Below, piece after piece: positions 34,893-45,050 of a DNA stretch of 53,681 bases. Position numbers and translations under genes: made by a program. Under the pieces are notes generated by a model. The model was given only the letters and a program-made list of their open reading frames with translations. It was not told the origin of the DNA and did not search any database. Source of the DNA: a virus (Duplodnaviria; Caudoviricetes). Where the stretch lies: IMG/VR virus record IMGVR_UViG_3300049448_000145, positions 1 through 53,681 of that record; one strand, given 5' to 3'. Positions within the stretch are counted from its first letter, which is position 1; every line of letters begins with the position of its first letter.

Positions 34893-36805
34893 TGGCGTTC
34901 GAGCTGCAGACCGGCCGCTGGTGGGACTGCGACGAACAATCGCTACCCACGACGCTCGCCGGCTGGGCCGCGCACCTGGAGTCGTTCGACTTCGAACGCC
35001 GCTCCCGCAATCTGCTTTATGCCCGGCTGGCGACGAACCGCGATCTTCCGAACATCTACGGGCTCGCCCTCACGCGCACGAACATGAGGGCGCTCGACTT
35101 CCGCGACTGGAAGGCGCCCGTCTTCAACGTCACCGGCTCGTCGGTCGAGACGCTCGTCAACAAGGTGGGCCGCAACAAGCCGTGGATCTTGTTCCTCACC
35201 GACGGCGGCGACTTCTCGGCGCGCATGGCTGGCAAGAAGCGGAGCCGGTTCGTGGACGGCGTCTTTCACGAGACGAAGACCTACACGCTCACGCGCCAGA
35301 TGTTCCAGGACGCGTTGACGTACGGCGACGGGTTCATCAAGGCGACCAAGAGCCTCGACGGCAAGACGATCGTCCACGACGTCGTGCTGGCCGACGAGCT
35401 GCTGATCGATCCGTGGGACTCGCTCTACTTCGGCAAGTGGCCGCGGTCGTTGATCCACCGCACCTTCGTGTCACGCACGGAGCTGCTCTCGATCTTCGGC
35501 GACGACGACGAGGTGGCCTTCGCGATCGAGACGGCCCCGGGCTCGTTCCAAGGCCCGATGTGGGGCGGCATGACCTCGAACAGCCAGACCGCCATGGTCG
35601 GCGTGCTGGAGGCGTGGAAGCTGCCCGACGCCGACGGCACGCCAGGGCGTCACGTGCTGTGCATCTCCGATAGGGTTGCGCTGGTCGACGAGAAGTACGA
35701 ATCGAAGCGCTACCCGTTCACGAAGATGTCCTGCGTCAGCGCCGGTCGCGGCTTCTGGAACATCGGCATCCCGGAGATCCTCGGGCCGTTTCAAGCGAAC
35801 ATCAACCGGACGCAGCAGGTGATCGACGAGTGCCAGCGGCGCATGTCGACCGGGCGCTGGCTGGTGCCGAATGGCTCGGGCGTCACCGATGACTCACTCG
35901 GGTCGAAGGCTGCCGGCATCATCCGCCACAACCCGAACCTCCCGCCCGCGTTCGTCGTACCGCAGGCAGTCCCGGGCGATCTGTATGCCCACCTAGACAA
36001 GACGATCGAGCGTGCGTACAAGCGCGTCGGCATCTCCGAGCTCGCGGCGCAGGCGATGAAGCCCGCCGGCCTGAACAGCGGCGAGGCGCTGCGGGCGTTC
36101 GAGTCGGCCGAGAGTGAGCGTTACGTGACGCTGGGGATGCAACTCGAGGAAGCCGTGCTCGACCTCGCGGAGCTTGATCTCGAGCTGGCCGTCGATATCA
36201 AGCCGACGGTGCGGGCGCCGCGCGCGGGCGGCATCGACGTCATCGACTGGAAAGAGCTGGCGTCGATCAAGGGCAACAAGTCGATCATGAAGGCGTTCCC
36301 GATCTCGTCGCTGCCGACGTCGCCGGCGGGTCGGCTCCAGCGCGCGGCCGAGATGTTCCAGGTCGGGCAGATCTCGAAAGAGGACTACCTGCGCATCATC
36401 GACTACCCCGACACGCAGGCCGTGATCGAGTTGGTCACCGCCGGGCGCGACTCGATCGACTGGATGCTCGACAAGATCGTCGAAGACGGAATCTTCGAGA
36501 GCCCCGAGCCCTACCAGAACCTCGACATCAACAAGCCGGGCAACGCGATCGAGGTCGCGCAGAACCGGTACCTGCGCGAGCGGACGCAGGGCTGCCCCGA
36601 AGAGCGGCTGGAACTGCTGCGCCGGTTCATGCAAGTGGCGAAGGACCTCGACCAGAAGAACAAGACGCAGCAGACCGCCGCGCCCGCGATGAACGGGCTG
36701 CAGGCCGCCGCCGCGGGCCTCCCGCCGCCTACCGCGGCCCCGCCTCCCGTGATTCAACCCGGCGGCCCGATGGCCGGCAACAGCACGATGCCCATCGCGG
36801 CATGA
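34892..36805 (+). CDS. Portal protein (podovirus type)
   Basis: 637 aa after terL; DALTYGDGFIK, YPF, GLNSGEALR; Pro/Gln-rich tail. Confidence 0.85.
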   Translation: MAFELQTGRWWDCDEQSLPTTLAGWAAHLESFDFERRSRNLLYARLATNRDLPNIYGLALTRTNMRALDFRDWKAPVFNVTGSSVETLVNKVGRNKPWILFLTDGGDFSARMAGKKRSRFVDGVFHETKTYTLTRQMFQDALTYGDGFIKATKSLDGKTIVHDVVLADELLIDPWDSLYFGKWPRSLIHRTFVSRTELLSIFGDDDEVAFAIETAPGSFQGPMWGGMTSNSQTAMVGVLEAWKLPDADGTPGRHVLCISDRVALVDEKYESKRYPFTKMSCVSAGRGFWNIGIPEILGPFQANINRTQQVIDECQRRMSTGRWLVPNGSGVTDDSLGSKAAGIIRHNPNLPPAFVVPQAVPGDLYAHLDKTIERAYKRVGISELAAQAMKPAGLNSGEALRAFESAESERYVTLGMQLEEAVLDLAELDLELAVDIKPTVRAPRAGGIDVIDWKELASIKGNKSIMKAFPISSLPTSPAGRLQRAAEMFQVGQISKEDYLRIIDYPDTQAVIELVTAGRDSIDWMLDKIVEDGIFESPEPYQNLDINKPGNAIEVAQNRYLRERTQGCPEERLELLRRFMQVAKDLDQKNKTQQTAAPAMNGLQAAAAGLPPPTAAPPPVIQPGGPMAGNSTMPIAA

Positions 36806-36821
36806 CGAAAGAGGGGACACG

Positions 36822-37154
36822 ATGACACCATCGATCGGAAGAATCGTTCACTACTGCCTGACCGAACAGAACGCCGCCGAGATCATGCGGCGCCGCACGA
36901 CCGGGCCAGACATCGCTGCGCGCATCCCGTCGAAAGAATGGCCCGTCGGCGCGCAAGCGCACATCGGCAACGCGGTCGGCCCTGGCGACGTCTTCCCGAT
37001 GGTGATCGTTCGCGTCTGGCCGAGCGACACGGGATTGGTCAACGGCCGCGTGTTGCTCGATGGGACCGATGAATTCTGGGCGACCAGCGTGAGCCAGGTC
37101 GTTCCCGAGTCGACGGACAAACTGGGCTGCTGGTTCGAGCCGCCGCGCGTTTGA
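36822..37154 (+). CDS. Conserved phage protein (PSIGRIVHY family)
   Basis: MTPSIGRIVHY...VNGRVLLDG...WATSV...PPRV. Confidence 0.65.
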   Translation: MTPSIGRIVHYCLTEQNAAEIMRRRTTGPDIAARIPSKEWPVGAQAHIGNAVGPGDVFPMVIVRVWPSDTGLVNGRVLLDGTDEFWATSVSQVVPESTDKLGCWFEPPRV

Positions 37155-37166
37155 AAGGAGCATCCG

Positions 37167-37409
37167 ATGACCGACGAACTGAAGAGCCGAGTGATCAAGG
37201 CGCTGCGCATCGGCCAGCGCGAGGCCCGCGCGAACACAGACCGCGAGGAATGCGGCGAGCTGGTCATGCTGCTGGACGCCTGCCCGGTCGACGCGCCGGC
37301 GCCCGCTGTCGAGCCGCCCTCCGCGCTGCGCGAAGCGGTCCAGGAAGAAGCGAAGGTGGCCGAGGTCGCCGCCTACGACCGGGCGAACGCGACGCCCGTC
37401 GAGGAATAA
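37167..37409 (+). CDS. Hypothetical protein
   Basis: AAGGAG RBS. Confidence 0.55.
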   Translation: MTDELKSRVIKALRIGQREARANTDREECGELVMLLDACPVDAPAPAVEPPSALREAVQEEAKVAEVAAYDRANATPVEE

Positions 37410-37413
37410 CGCC

Positions 37414-37614
37414 GTGCCGCTGCTCATCAAGCCGGAAATCTACGCGAAGGCGTACAAGAACGGCGTGCGCTTGCGCGGCATCGACGGGCCGCTCGACAAG
37501 AACCTCCGGGTCATGGACGAGGCCGATCCGTACTTCCTCGCGCTCGGCAGCGCCGACTACGTGATCGGGTTCTCGGACGGCTGGCACGGCATCGCGCCAT
37601 TGGCGGTGGAGTGA
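37414..37614 (+). CDS. Hypothetical protein
   Basis: GAGGA RBS. Confidence 0.5.
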   Translation: MPLLIKPEIYAKAYKNGVRLRGIDGPLDKNLRVMDEADPYFLALGSADYVIGFSDGWHGIAPLAVE

Positions 37615-37775
37615 TGCCGCTGATCCCCGGTTCTGGCCAGGGCACGATCTCGGCGAACATCGGCACCGAGATCAACGCCGGGCGCAAGCCAGCGCAGGCC
37701 GCAGCGATCGCCTACCGGAAGGCCGGCAAGTACCGCGCGAAACGCCCCCGGTTGAAAGAGTACGTAGGGACGTAA
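37614..37775 (+). CDS. Small basic head-module protein, 53 aa (not in ORF track)
   Basis: MPLIPGSGQGTISANIGTEINAGRKPAQAAAIAY pattern, common in phage head modules. Confidence 0.65.
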   Translation: MPLIPGSGQGTISANIGTEINAGRKPAQAAAIAYRKAGKYRAKRPRLKEYVGT

Positions 37776-37798
37776 GCCCGGCCACGCCGCCCCGTGGT

Positions 37799-37823
37799 TC
37801 TGAGGGGAAACGGGGCGAGGTTG
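37799..37823 (+). promoter_or_regulatory. Late-promoter-like motif, copy B
   Basis: TCTGAGGG-GAAA-CGGGGCG-AGGTT then GTG start. Confidence 0.7.
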
Positions 37824-38908
37824 TGGGAGACCAAGCAGGCGAGACGGCGACCGACAGCGGCGCCGGTGGCGATGTAGGCGGAGCGGCAGCCGAACCGGCC
37901 GCGCCCGTGACGGACCCGGCGGTCACCGAGGACGGTGGCGCCGCGCCGGCCGTTCCGGCAGCCGACGACATCCCCGCCGATCCGACCGCGAAGCCGAAGG
38001 CCGCCAAGGCCAAGCCCGCCGAGCCGCCGCCCGCCGCCGCCAAGAAAGAGCCTAACCTCACGGCCCGTCTGGCGAGCCTGTCCCGCGACAACCGGGAGAC
38101 CCGCGCCGCCCTGAAGGCGGCCGAGGACAAGGCGACCGCCGCCGCCCAGCGCGTCACCGACTTCGAAGCCGTCCTGGCGCTCGGCAAGGACGACGCGACG
38201 ATCCCGGCCCTGCTCGAACGTCTGGGCATTCCCTTCGAGAAGGTGGTCAACGCCTACGCCGGGCAACCGGAACAGACCGCCGAGCAATTGCGCGACGCCA
38301 AGCTCGCCGCGCTCGAGAAGAAGCTCAACGACGATGCGGCCGCGCGCCAGGCTGAGGCCGACAAGGCGAAGGTCGAGGCGGACGCGTCGCGCGAAGCATC
38401 CGCGCGCGCCGAGTACGTCGGCATGTGCGGCAAGGCCATCACGGCCAACGCCGGGAAGTACGAAATCTGCGCCCGCCTGGGCGACGAGGCCGCGAACGAC
38501 GTGTTCGGGCTCGTGATCAAGGCGTGGGGCGACGCCGGCAAACCGCAGCTGATGCCGGGCGAACTCGAAGAGGCGATCGAGAAGGCCGTCGAGGTGCAGG
38601 AATTGAAGTACGAGGAACGCGGAAAGCAGCTCGCGAAGCAGGGCGCCAAGCCGAACGGCGCCGCCGCAGCCACCGCGAAAGATTCTGATCTGCCGCCGCA
38701 TTTGACGGGCGGAAAACTGAGCGACAAGGACGACGACATCCTGAGCGGGCTCATCGACAAGACGGCCCCCGCGACCAGCTCTCAACGAGCGAAGCCGCGG
38801 ACGATCAACAGCTCGTTGGGAGGCTCGGCACCGCCGCGCCAACCAGCACGGGGATCGATGGATCCGCGCGACGCACTGAGGGAAGTGCTCGCGCCTTTCC
38901 AGCGCTGA
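37823..38908 (+). CDS. Capsid scaffolding protein
   Basis: Ala/Glu/Lys-rich coiled coils immediately before the capsid gene. Confidence 0.72.
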   Translation: MGDQAGETATDSGAGGDVGGAAAEPAAPVTDPAVTEDGGAAPAVPAADDIPADPTAKPKAAKAKPAEPPPAAAKKEPNLTARLASLSRDNRETRAALKAAEDKATAAAQRVTDFEAVLALGKDDATIPALLERLGIPFEKVVNAYAGQPEQTAEQLRDAKLAALEKKLNDDAAARQAEADKAKVEADASREASARAEYVGMCGKAITANAGKYEICARLGDEAANDVFGLVIKAWGDAGKPQLMPGELEEAIEKAVEVQELKYEERGKQLAKQGAKPNGAAAATAKDSDLPPHLTGGKLSDKDDDILSGLIDKTAPATSSQRAKPRTINSSLGGSAPPRQPARGSMDPRDALREVLAPFQR

Positions 38909-38951
38909 CCGCCCCGCAACCGTCTAGTCGCCCCTCAAAGGAGGTCCGCCA

Positions 38952-40187
38952 ATGATCGCGGACATCGTTGCCAACGTCGAACCGATTTACAAGCAGTGGT
39001 ACGCCAGCTCGTACGAGAACATGTTCTACCGCGACCGCCCCGCGATGGGGATGATCGCCAAGGAACGTGCCGGCGGCGAGCAGGTCAAGCAGCCGATCAA
39101 GATCAGCCAGGGCCCCGGGCAGTCCGCCACCTTCACCAACGCGCTCGGCAACGTCGGACTCTCCGTCCGTCGCCCGTTCCTCGGTGATTGGGGCCTCGAT
39201 TACTCGCTGGCCCAGGTCCAGAACACCCTGATCGAGTTGTCGCAGGACAACAAGGGCGCCGTCGTCAAGGCGCTCGCGGACGAAACCGAAAGCGCCGTCG
39301 ATGCTCTCGCTCAGCGCTTCGAGCACGACCTATTCCGGTCGGGCTACGGCGATCTAGGCGTGGTTCTGTCCGGCCAGGCGACCCCGACGATCACGCTGAC
39401 GCTGCGGTCGGACGCCCAGAACTTCTTCCCGGGTCAGGTCGTGGTTGCGGCACCGGCCGTGAACACGGGCGTCCTGCTCAACGCGGGAGCGAGCATCGTC
39501 GTGTCGTCCGTCGATCGCGACGCCGGCACGGTGACGAGCGCCGGCAACTGGACGGCTTCGATCGCGGGTCTGATCGCGACGAGCGTTCTGTTCCAGCAGG
39601 GCGATCGCACTTCGGCCGCGACCCCGACGCCCCTCAAGGTGGTCGGGTTCGCGGGCTGGCTGCCGCTCGTGGCGCCGGTGGGTGGCGATTCCTTCTTCGG
39701 AGTCGATCGCTCGTTGGATCCGGTGTCGCTGGCCGGCGTTCGCGTGTCCGGTCTCGGCAAGCCCATCAGCCAGGCGATCTACGACCTGGCGGTCCGCATC
39801 GGCGAGAACGGCGGGGCCCCTGACGCCTGCTTCATCTCGTTCGACGCGTTCGGGAAGCTGGCGACGGAGCTCGACAACCGCGCCATCTACGACAACATCC
39901 AGGGCGCCGGCATCACGATCTCCTACGAGGCGATCACGGTGGCAGGGCCGAAGGGACGCATTCGTGTGTTCCCGTCGACCTTCTGCCCAATGGACCGCCT
40001 GTTCGTGATCACGAAGCGCGACTGGACGATCTACTGCGGCGGCGGGGCGAACCCGATGTTTCCGTCGCTCAAGGGCGTTTCGCTGCTCGACGTGAGCAGC
40101 GCGGACGCGGTCCAGGTGCGCCACAAGACGCTCGCGCAGCTGATGTGCGCGGCGCCGGGTCACTCGGGAGTCTCGCAGCTCAGCTAG
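38952..40187 (+). CDS. Major capsid protein
   Basis: 411 aa, strong AAGGAGG RBS, position after scaffold; LFRSGYG, FFGVDRS, LMCAAPG. Confidence 0.82.
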   Translation: MIADIVANVEPIYKQWYASSYENMFYRDRPAMGMIAKERAGGEQVKQPIKISQGPGQSATFTNALGNVGLSVRRPFLGDWGLDYSLAQVQNTLIELSQDNKGAVVKALADETESAVDALAQRFEHDLFRSGYGDLGVVLSGQATPTITLTLRSDAQNFFPGQVVVAAPAVNTGVLLNAGASIVVSSVDRDAGTVTSAGNWTASIAGLIATSVLFQQGDRTSAATPTPLKVVGFAGWLPLVAPVGGDSFFGVDRSLDPVSLAGVRVSGLGKPISQAIYDLAVRIGENGGAPDACFISFDAFGKLATELDNRAIYDNIQGAGITISYEAITVAGPKGRIRVFPSTFCPMDRLFVITKRDWTIYCGGGANPMFPSLKGVSLLDVSSADAVQVRHKTLAQLMCAAPGHSGVSQLS

Positions 40188-40252
40188 TCGGACTGTCGCC
40201 GGGCGCGTAGCGGTAACGCGCGCTCGGCGGCGTCCAGCAAAGGACACGCACC

Positions 40253-40666
40253 ATGGCAAATCCGAAGCTGTTTTACGAGGATGGGATCAACTACACGAAG
40301 GGCGCCACCCTCGCGCTCAACGTTCCGATCGGCGCGGCGGGTGCCCCTGGCACGCCCACGCTGTTCAACAACTTCAAAACCCCCCTCTCGGCGACCATCC
40401 CGCTCAACAGGACCGGCGCCGGCCTCTACACGCTCTCCCTCCAGGAGACGTGGGCCAACCTGATCTGGTACTCGATCTTCACCACGCAGGCGACGGTGGC
40501 GGCGGGTGACGGATTGACCGGTCTCGTGACCTCGACGGCGAACCTCGCTGTCAACGGCCAGCTGACCTTCACCATGCTCAACAACGCCAGCGTCGCGGCC
40601 GATCCGCGCAGCGGCGCCATTCTCCAGGTGCTCTTGGGCCTGAAGAACAACAGCAACTTCCCGTAG
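40253..40666 (+). CDS. Putative capsid decoration / virion protein
   Basis: Beta-rich, RTGAGLYTLSL; follows capsid gene. Confidence 0.55.
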   Translation: MANPKLFYEDGINYTKGATLALNVPIGAAGAPGTPTLFNNFKTPLSATIPLNRTGAGLYTLSLQETWANLIWYSIFTTQATVAAGDGLTGLVTSTANLAVNGQLTFTMLNNASVAADPRSGAILQVLLGLKNNSNFP

Positions 40667-40670
40667 GCCC

Positions 40671-40925
40671 ATGATGGACCCCAAGCGAAAGCCCCTGTCC
40701 GTGATGATCGCCCTGCAGGCGGACAAGCTGCGGGGCAAAGACGGGATGAAGCACGACGAGCCCGACGACTCCAGCGAGGAAGACGCGCCGGAAGAGTACG
40801 GCAAAGAGGAAGGCGTCTCCGCCTGCCAGGACATGATCGACGCGATGAAGAATCGCGACGCATCCGCGCTCAACGAGGCGATGGCGCGCTGGTGCGAGAT
40901 CTACGGGCACGGGGAAAAGGAATAG
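40671..40925 (+). CDS. Small acidic protein
   Basis: DMIDAMKNRDASALNEAM. Confidence 0.55.
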   Translation: MMDPKRKPLSVMIALQADKLRGKDGMKHDEPDDSSEEDAPEEYGKEEGVSACQDMIDAMKNRDASALNEAMARWCEIYGHGEKE

Positions 40926-40933
40926 GAAAGGTT

Positions 40934-40999
40934 CCGGGCCGCGGGGGCAGAGGAATCGGTCCCCACCAACACCCACTCTCGCGGCCCGGTTAGTTCTTC
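40934..40999 (+). terminator. GC-rich stem-loop with weak U-tract after head genes
   Basis: CCGGGCCGCGGGGG (40934) pairs with CTCTCGCGGCCCGG (to 40989), then TTAGTTCTTC. Confidence 0.5.
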
Positions 41000-41662
41000 A
41001 TGGCGCAAACACTCGCCACCCTCCGAACGGAGTCGCAGCAGCGCTGCAATCAGGAGAACAGGACCCTGGTCGGCACGCCAGAGTGGAACCGCTACATCAA
41101 CGAGGCGATCGGCGAGCTCTACGACCTCGTCACCAGCTCGTACCCGCACTACTACCTCAGCTCGTTTCCCTTCACGCTCGCGGGGTCGAACCAGCAGAGC
41201 ATCTCGGCGCTTACGCCGCTGTTCTACAAGCTGCGCGGCCTCGACTACCTGTTCGCCGGCAACGCGAAGCCGATGAGCGTCCACCCGCTCAGCTTCCTCG
41301 AGCGGAACAAGTACGGGAACCTCAACTTCGCCGGCAACTACACGCTTTGGTACAATCCACAGCCGCCGACGCTGGTCGCCGACGGAGACACGCTCGATTT
41401 CATCCTCGACGTGTGGTCGGAGTTCATCCCGGTAACGGCCGCGATCGCCGGCGCGATGAAGGAAGAATCCCCGACGGACGATCTCCTGGCGCGCAAGGCG
41501 CAGATCATCGCGCGCATCAACGCCGCGGCGCCGAACCGCGACGGCGAGCCGGGGCAGGCCGCCGACCTGACGTCGTGGGCGCCGGGCGACAGCGGCCGCA
41601 GGTACATGCTCGAAGGCGGGAACCTGATTATCGTCGGCTCTGACGATGGGGACTGGGCGTGA
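41000..41662 (+). CDS. Head-tail adaptor protein
   Basis: TLATLR...EWNRYINEAIGELYDL; position before nozzle. Confidence 0.72.
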   Translation: MAQTLATLRTESQQRCNQENRTLVGTPEWNRYINEAIGELYDLVTSSYPHYYLSSFPFTLAGSNQQSISALTPLFYKLRGLDYLFAGNAKPMSVHPLSFLERNKYGNLNFAGNYTLWYNPQPPTLVADGDTLDFILDVWSEFIPVTAAIAGAMKEESPTDDLLARKAQIIARINAAAPNRDGEPGQAADLTSWAPGDSGRRYMLEGGNLIIVGSDDGDWA

Positions 41663-44583
41663 GCGCCGGCCTGCCGCGCGTCCCGCATCCGCTTCTGATC
41701 AGGGGCGTGAACCAGAAGTCACCCCGGCAGATCGGCGTGGAGGGGGAGCTTGACCTCCTCCAGAACATGCAGATCGTCAAGGCGTCCAGCGGAGACGTCG
41801 GTTTCGAGCTGATCCCCCGCAACGGGTCGGCCAACTTGCCCAGAACCGCCGATGTGGGTAGCATTATCACTGGCATGAGGCTGGGGACCCTCGGTAGCGG
41901 GCTGGTGTTGCTGACGGGTCTGTCTTGCTACCGCAAGGCCATCGACCAGTGGCATCGGGTGTCGGCGACGGCCCCGACAGTCGGCGTCGACACGAAGGCC
42001 ATCACGGCGGACACGCTGCGGGCCACGGCCTGCGATCAGGTCTACGCCAACGGCTACACCGTGGCGGCCACGACGTCGCTCGACGCGACAGGCGGGAACT
42101 TCTCCGTTCACGCAACGGTGCGCGATTCGAACGGCAACAAGGTCATCGACTCGAACCTCGAGACGGGCGTCGTCGGCCCGGTAAAGCTCGTCGTCGTCAC
42201 CGGTAACGTCGTGCTCGCCTTCTGGGTGGCGAGCCCGGGGACGATTCGGGCAGCGAAGTTCAACACGGGGGCGCCCTCGGCCTTCAGTGCCCCGGTCAAT
42301 GTCGTGGTTGCATCGACGGCGACGCCGTTCGACGTCCAGGTCGTACCGGCATCGGGGAATATAGCGGTCATCTACGTCACCGGCGGCGGTGCGGTCGCGC
42401 AACTTCTGTTCACGCCGGGAACGATGACGTCCGGCGCCGCGACGACGTACGGCTTCGCGGTGCCCGACGTGTTCCTGTACATGACGAACGACTACGCGAC
42501 GAACACGATCTACTTGGCCCACATCGACAGCGTGAATGGCGTGCGTGAGACGACGTTCGACGGGACGACACTGGTGCTTGGCGCGACGACCGTGTTCGAT
42601 GCCGCCTCGACGCAGGCGACGAACGTGGCGGGCAAGCGTGCTGCGGCGGCGCGGGCCATCTACTTCACCGTGGGAACGGGCCCCGTCTACGATCATCAGA
42701 TCAAGGTGACGACGGGCGCGGCGGCGACGACCGTGATGCGCTCGGTCGAGCTGGCTTCGCGCGTGCTGGTGGCAAACGGGACCCTGTACGCGCTCGCGAA
42801 ATACCGCGGCACGAATCAGGGAACCTACTACCTGTTGGATCTGCTGGCGAAGGTATCCATCGGCGAGGCGCTGCCTGACGTGGCGTTCATCGGCGCCACG
42901 TCCCTTCCGAACTTGGCGGTCGCGGCCACCAGCAACACGTGGCTGACGTCCGGTCTCAAGAACCTGTCCGTGACGACGCAGAACGGCGCCTTCCTCGCGT
43001 ACGTGGGCTCGTCGAGCATCTCGTTCACGTTTCAGGACTCGACCGTGGGCAAGCCGGTCGAGTTGAACAGCGGCCTCCATATCCCTGGCGCGCAGCCCTA
43101 CTATTACGACGGCTCGACACTGACAGAGCACGGGTTCCCGATCGTCCCCGAGCAGTCGGATGCGCCGGTTCCGGCGGCCGGCGGGAGCATGACGCCCGCC
43201 TCCGTCTACACCTACCGCTACGTCTACGAGTGGGTGGACGCGGTGGGTAACCTCTGGCGCTCGGCACCGTCTATCGTGCCGCAGTCGGTGAGCCTGGGGG
43301 CGACCGACACCAGGGTGACGTTGTCCCTGCCGACGCTGCGGGTGACCAGGAAGACGAACGTCTCGATCGCCGTCTACCGCACGCTCGCGAATGGGGACGG
43401 GACCGTGTATTTCAAGGTCAGCACCGCCACGGCGCCCGTGATCAACGATCCGACGATCGACCGAATGGCCTTCGTCGATACGGTGTCCGACGTGATCGCT
43501 GCCAGCGGGGAGCCGATCTACACGACGGGTAGCGTGCTCGAAAACATTGCGATTCCGCCCTGCCGGACGATGTCCGTTCACCGCGGTCGCCTACTCGTCG
43601 CCGCCGTGGCCGGCGATGTCGATGCGGTGTGGTTTTCGAAAGACGTGGTGCCCGGTTTCGCCGTGGAGTTCTCGGACTTCCTCGTCAGCCGGATCACGAG
43701 CGTCGAGCCGATCACGGCGGTGGGCTCGCGCGACAGCTACGCGATCGCCTGCACCGCCACGCAGTCGTGGTCATCGGCGAATGAGTATCCCGACGACACC
43801 GGCGCGGGCGGCGTGCTCATCTTCCAGCAGCAGAGCAATACGACCGGCTGCGCGACGATCGGCATGATGGCCGGGAACGACCAGGGCGCGATCACCTACG
43901 CCGGCACGAAGGGCATCTGGCGGATGTCGCGTGGGCTGTCCTGGGATTACGTGGGCGCGGCGGTCGACGACGACATCGTGGGATTCAATCCCGTCGCGAT
44001 CCTGTCGGTGCCTGGACAAAACCAGATGCGCGTCGTGGGCGGCGGTGCGTCGGCGCTGGTCTATGAAGCGCTGTGGGGGCAGTGGGCGAAGTGGAGCTAC
44101 ACGCAGGCGCCGGCCGCGTTCGTCGATGCCGTGATGTGGAACGGATCGGTAGCCTATCTGTGCAGCAACGGCACCGTGGTCGTCGAGGATACGACCACGT
44201 TCGACGACAATGGCGTCTCAGCTTCGGTCGCGCACGTCGTGACCTTCTCGGACGTGAATCTGTATGGCGTGGCGGGCTTCGGGCGGCTCTACATCACGCA
44301 GCTCACGGGGCGCGTCGTGGGCGACGGGAACGGCTTCACGCTGACGGCCGCGCAGAACTTCGACGGTACCGCGGGCCCGAGCAAGGCGCTCGCCATGGGC
44401 GCCAACGCGGCCCTCAACTTCGAGGTCGACCCGGGGACGTTCGGGAAGTCGTCGAGTTACGCGCTGACGATCTCGGACAGCGGCAACGGACCGAACAGCG
44501 CGTTCACGATCGCCGCGATCACGGCCCTCATCGGGATGAAGAAGGGTCTCAACAAGCTCCCGCCCGCTCGCCGGGCTACCTGA
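41659..44583 (+). CDS. Tail nozzle / tubular protein B-like
   Basis: 974 aa, beta-rich; RGVNQK N-terminus, HRGRL, VWFSK, TGC, KGIWR pattern. Confidence 0.72.
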   Translation: MSAGLPRVPHPLLIRGVNQKSPRQIGVEGELDLLQNMQIVKASSGDVGFELIPRNGSANLPRTADVGSIITGMRLGTLGSGLVLLTGLSCYRKAIDQWHRVSATAPTVGVDTKAITADTLRATACDQVYANGYTVAATTSLDATGGNFSVHATVRDSNGNKVIDSNLETGVVGPVKLVVVTGNVVLAFWVASPGTIRAAKFNTGAPSAFSAPVNVVVASTATPFDVQVVPASGNIAVIYVTGGGAVAQLLFTPGTMTSGAATTYGFAVPDVFLYMTNDYATNTIYLAHIDSVNGVRETTFDGTTLVLGATTVFDAASTQATNVAGKRAAAARAIYFTVGTGPVYDHQIKVTTGAAATTVMRSVELASRVLVANGTLYALAKYRGTNQGTYYLLDLLAKVSIGEALPDVAFIGATSLPNLAVAATSNTWLTSGLKNLSVTTQNGAFLAYVGSSSISFTFQDSTVGKPVELNSGLHIPGAQPYYYDGSTLTEHGFPIVPEQSDAPVPAAGGSMTPASVYTYRYVYEWVDAVGNLWRSAPSIVPQSVSLGATDTRVTLSLPTLRVTRKTNVSIAVYRTLANGDGTVYFKVSTATAPVINDPTIDRMAFVDTVSDVIAASGEPIYTTGSVLENIAIPPCRTMSVHRGRLLVAAVAGDVDAVWFSKDVVPGFAVEFSDFLVSRITSVEPITAVGSRDSYAIACTATQSWSSANEYPDDTGAGGVLIFQQQSNTTGCATIGMMAGNDQGAITYAGTKGIWRMSRGLSWDYVGAAVDDDIVGFNPVAILSVPGQNQMRVVGGGASALVYEALWGQWAKWSYTQAPAAFVDAVMWNGSVAYLCSNGTVVVEDTTTFDDNGVSASVAHVVTFSDVNLYGVAGFGRLYITQLTGRVVGDGNGFTLTAAQNFDGTAGPSKALAMGANAALNFEVDPGTFGKSSSYALTISDSGNGPNSAFTIAAITALIGMKKGLNKLPPARRAT

Positions 44584-44597
44584 GCAAACTTTCAGTC

Positions 44598-44626
44598 TTG
44601 CGTCATTTTCGCTCGGGACGCACGCT
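44598..44626 (+). promoter_or_regulatory. Sigma70-type leaderless promoter of the moron lipoprotein
   Basis: TTGCGT-N17-CACGCT-N6-ATG. Confidence 0.55.
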
Positions 44627-44632
44627 TGTGGC

Positions 44633-45016
44633 ATGCGACACGTCCTCCTGATCGGGTTGCTGCTGGGTGGCTGCGCGATGTCGGCGCCGCCGTACACGGG
44701 AACGACGATGGCGGAGGCGCGCTGGGCGGGCGTGCTCGAACGCTGCCAGGCCTACGAGGCGAGCGGAGAGCGCGACGAGGCGACGATCATGCAGTGCCGC
44801 GCGAACGCCGAACAGGCCGCGGCGGAGGACGCCTCCGAGCGCGAGGCACTCCAAGGCGCGCGGCAGTATCAGGAGGACGCCGCCGCGCGCGACCGGCGCC
44901 GGAATGCCGCCGCAGCGTTCGCATCCAGCTATCCGCGCCCCGTGGCGCCCGTTCCGACCGCGACGAGCTGCACCAGCACGGCCATCGGCACGACCGTTTA
45001 CACGAACTGCCACTGA
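44633..45016 (+). CDS. Moron lipoprotein
   Basis: Lipobox LGGC; C-terminal TSCTSTAIGTTVYTNCH; own promoter inside tail module. Confidence 0.72.
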   Translation: MRHVLLIGLLLGGCAMSAPPYTGTTMAEARWAGVLERCQAYEASGERDEATIMQCRANAEQAAAEDASEREALQGARQYQEDAAARDRRRNAAAAFASSYPRPVAPVPTATSCTSTAIGTTVYTNCH

Positions 45017-45025
45017 CGCGCCGGT

Positions 45026-45050
45026 TCTGAGGGATTTCGGGGCGCGGTTG
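45026..45050 (+). promoter_or_regulatory. Late-promoter-like motif, copy C
   Basis: TCTGAGGG-ATTT-CGGGGCG-CGGTT then GTG start. Confidence 0.7.
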
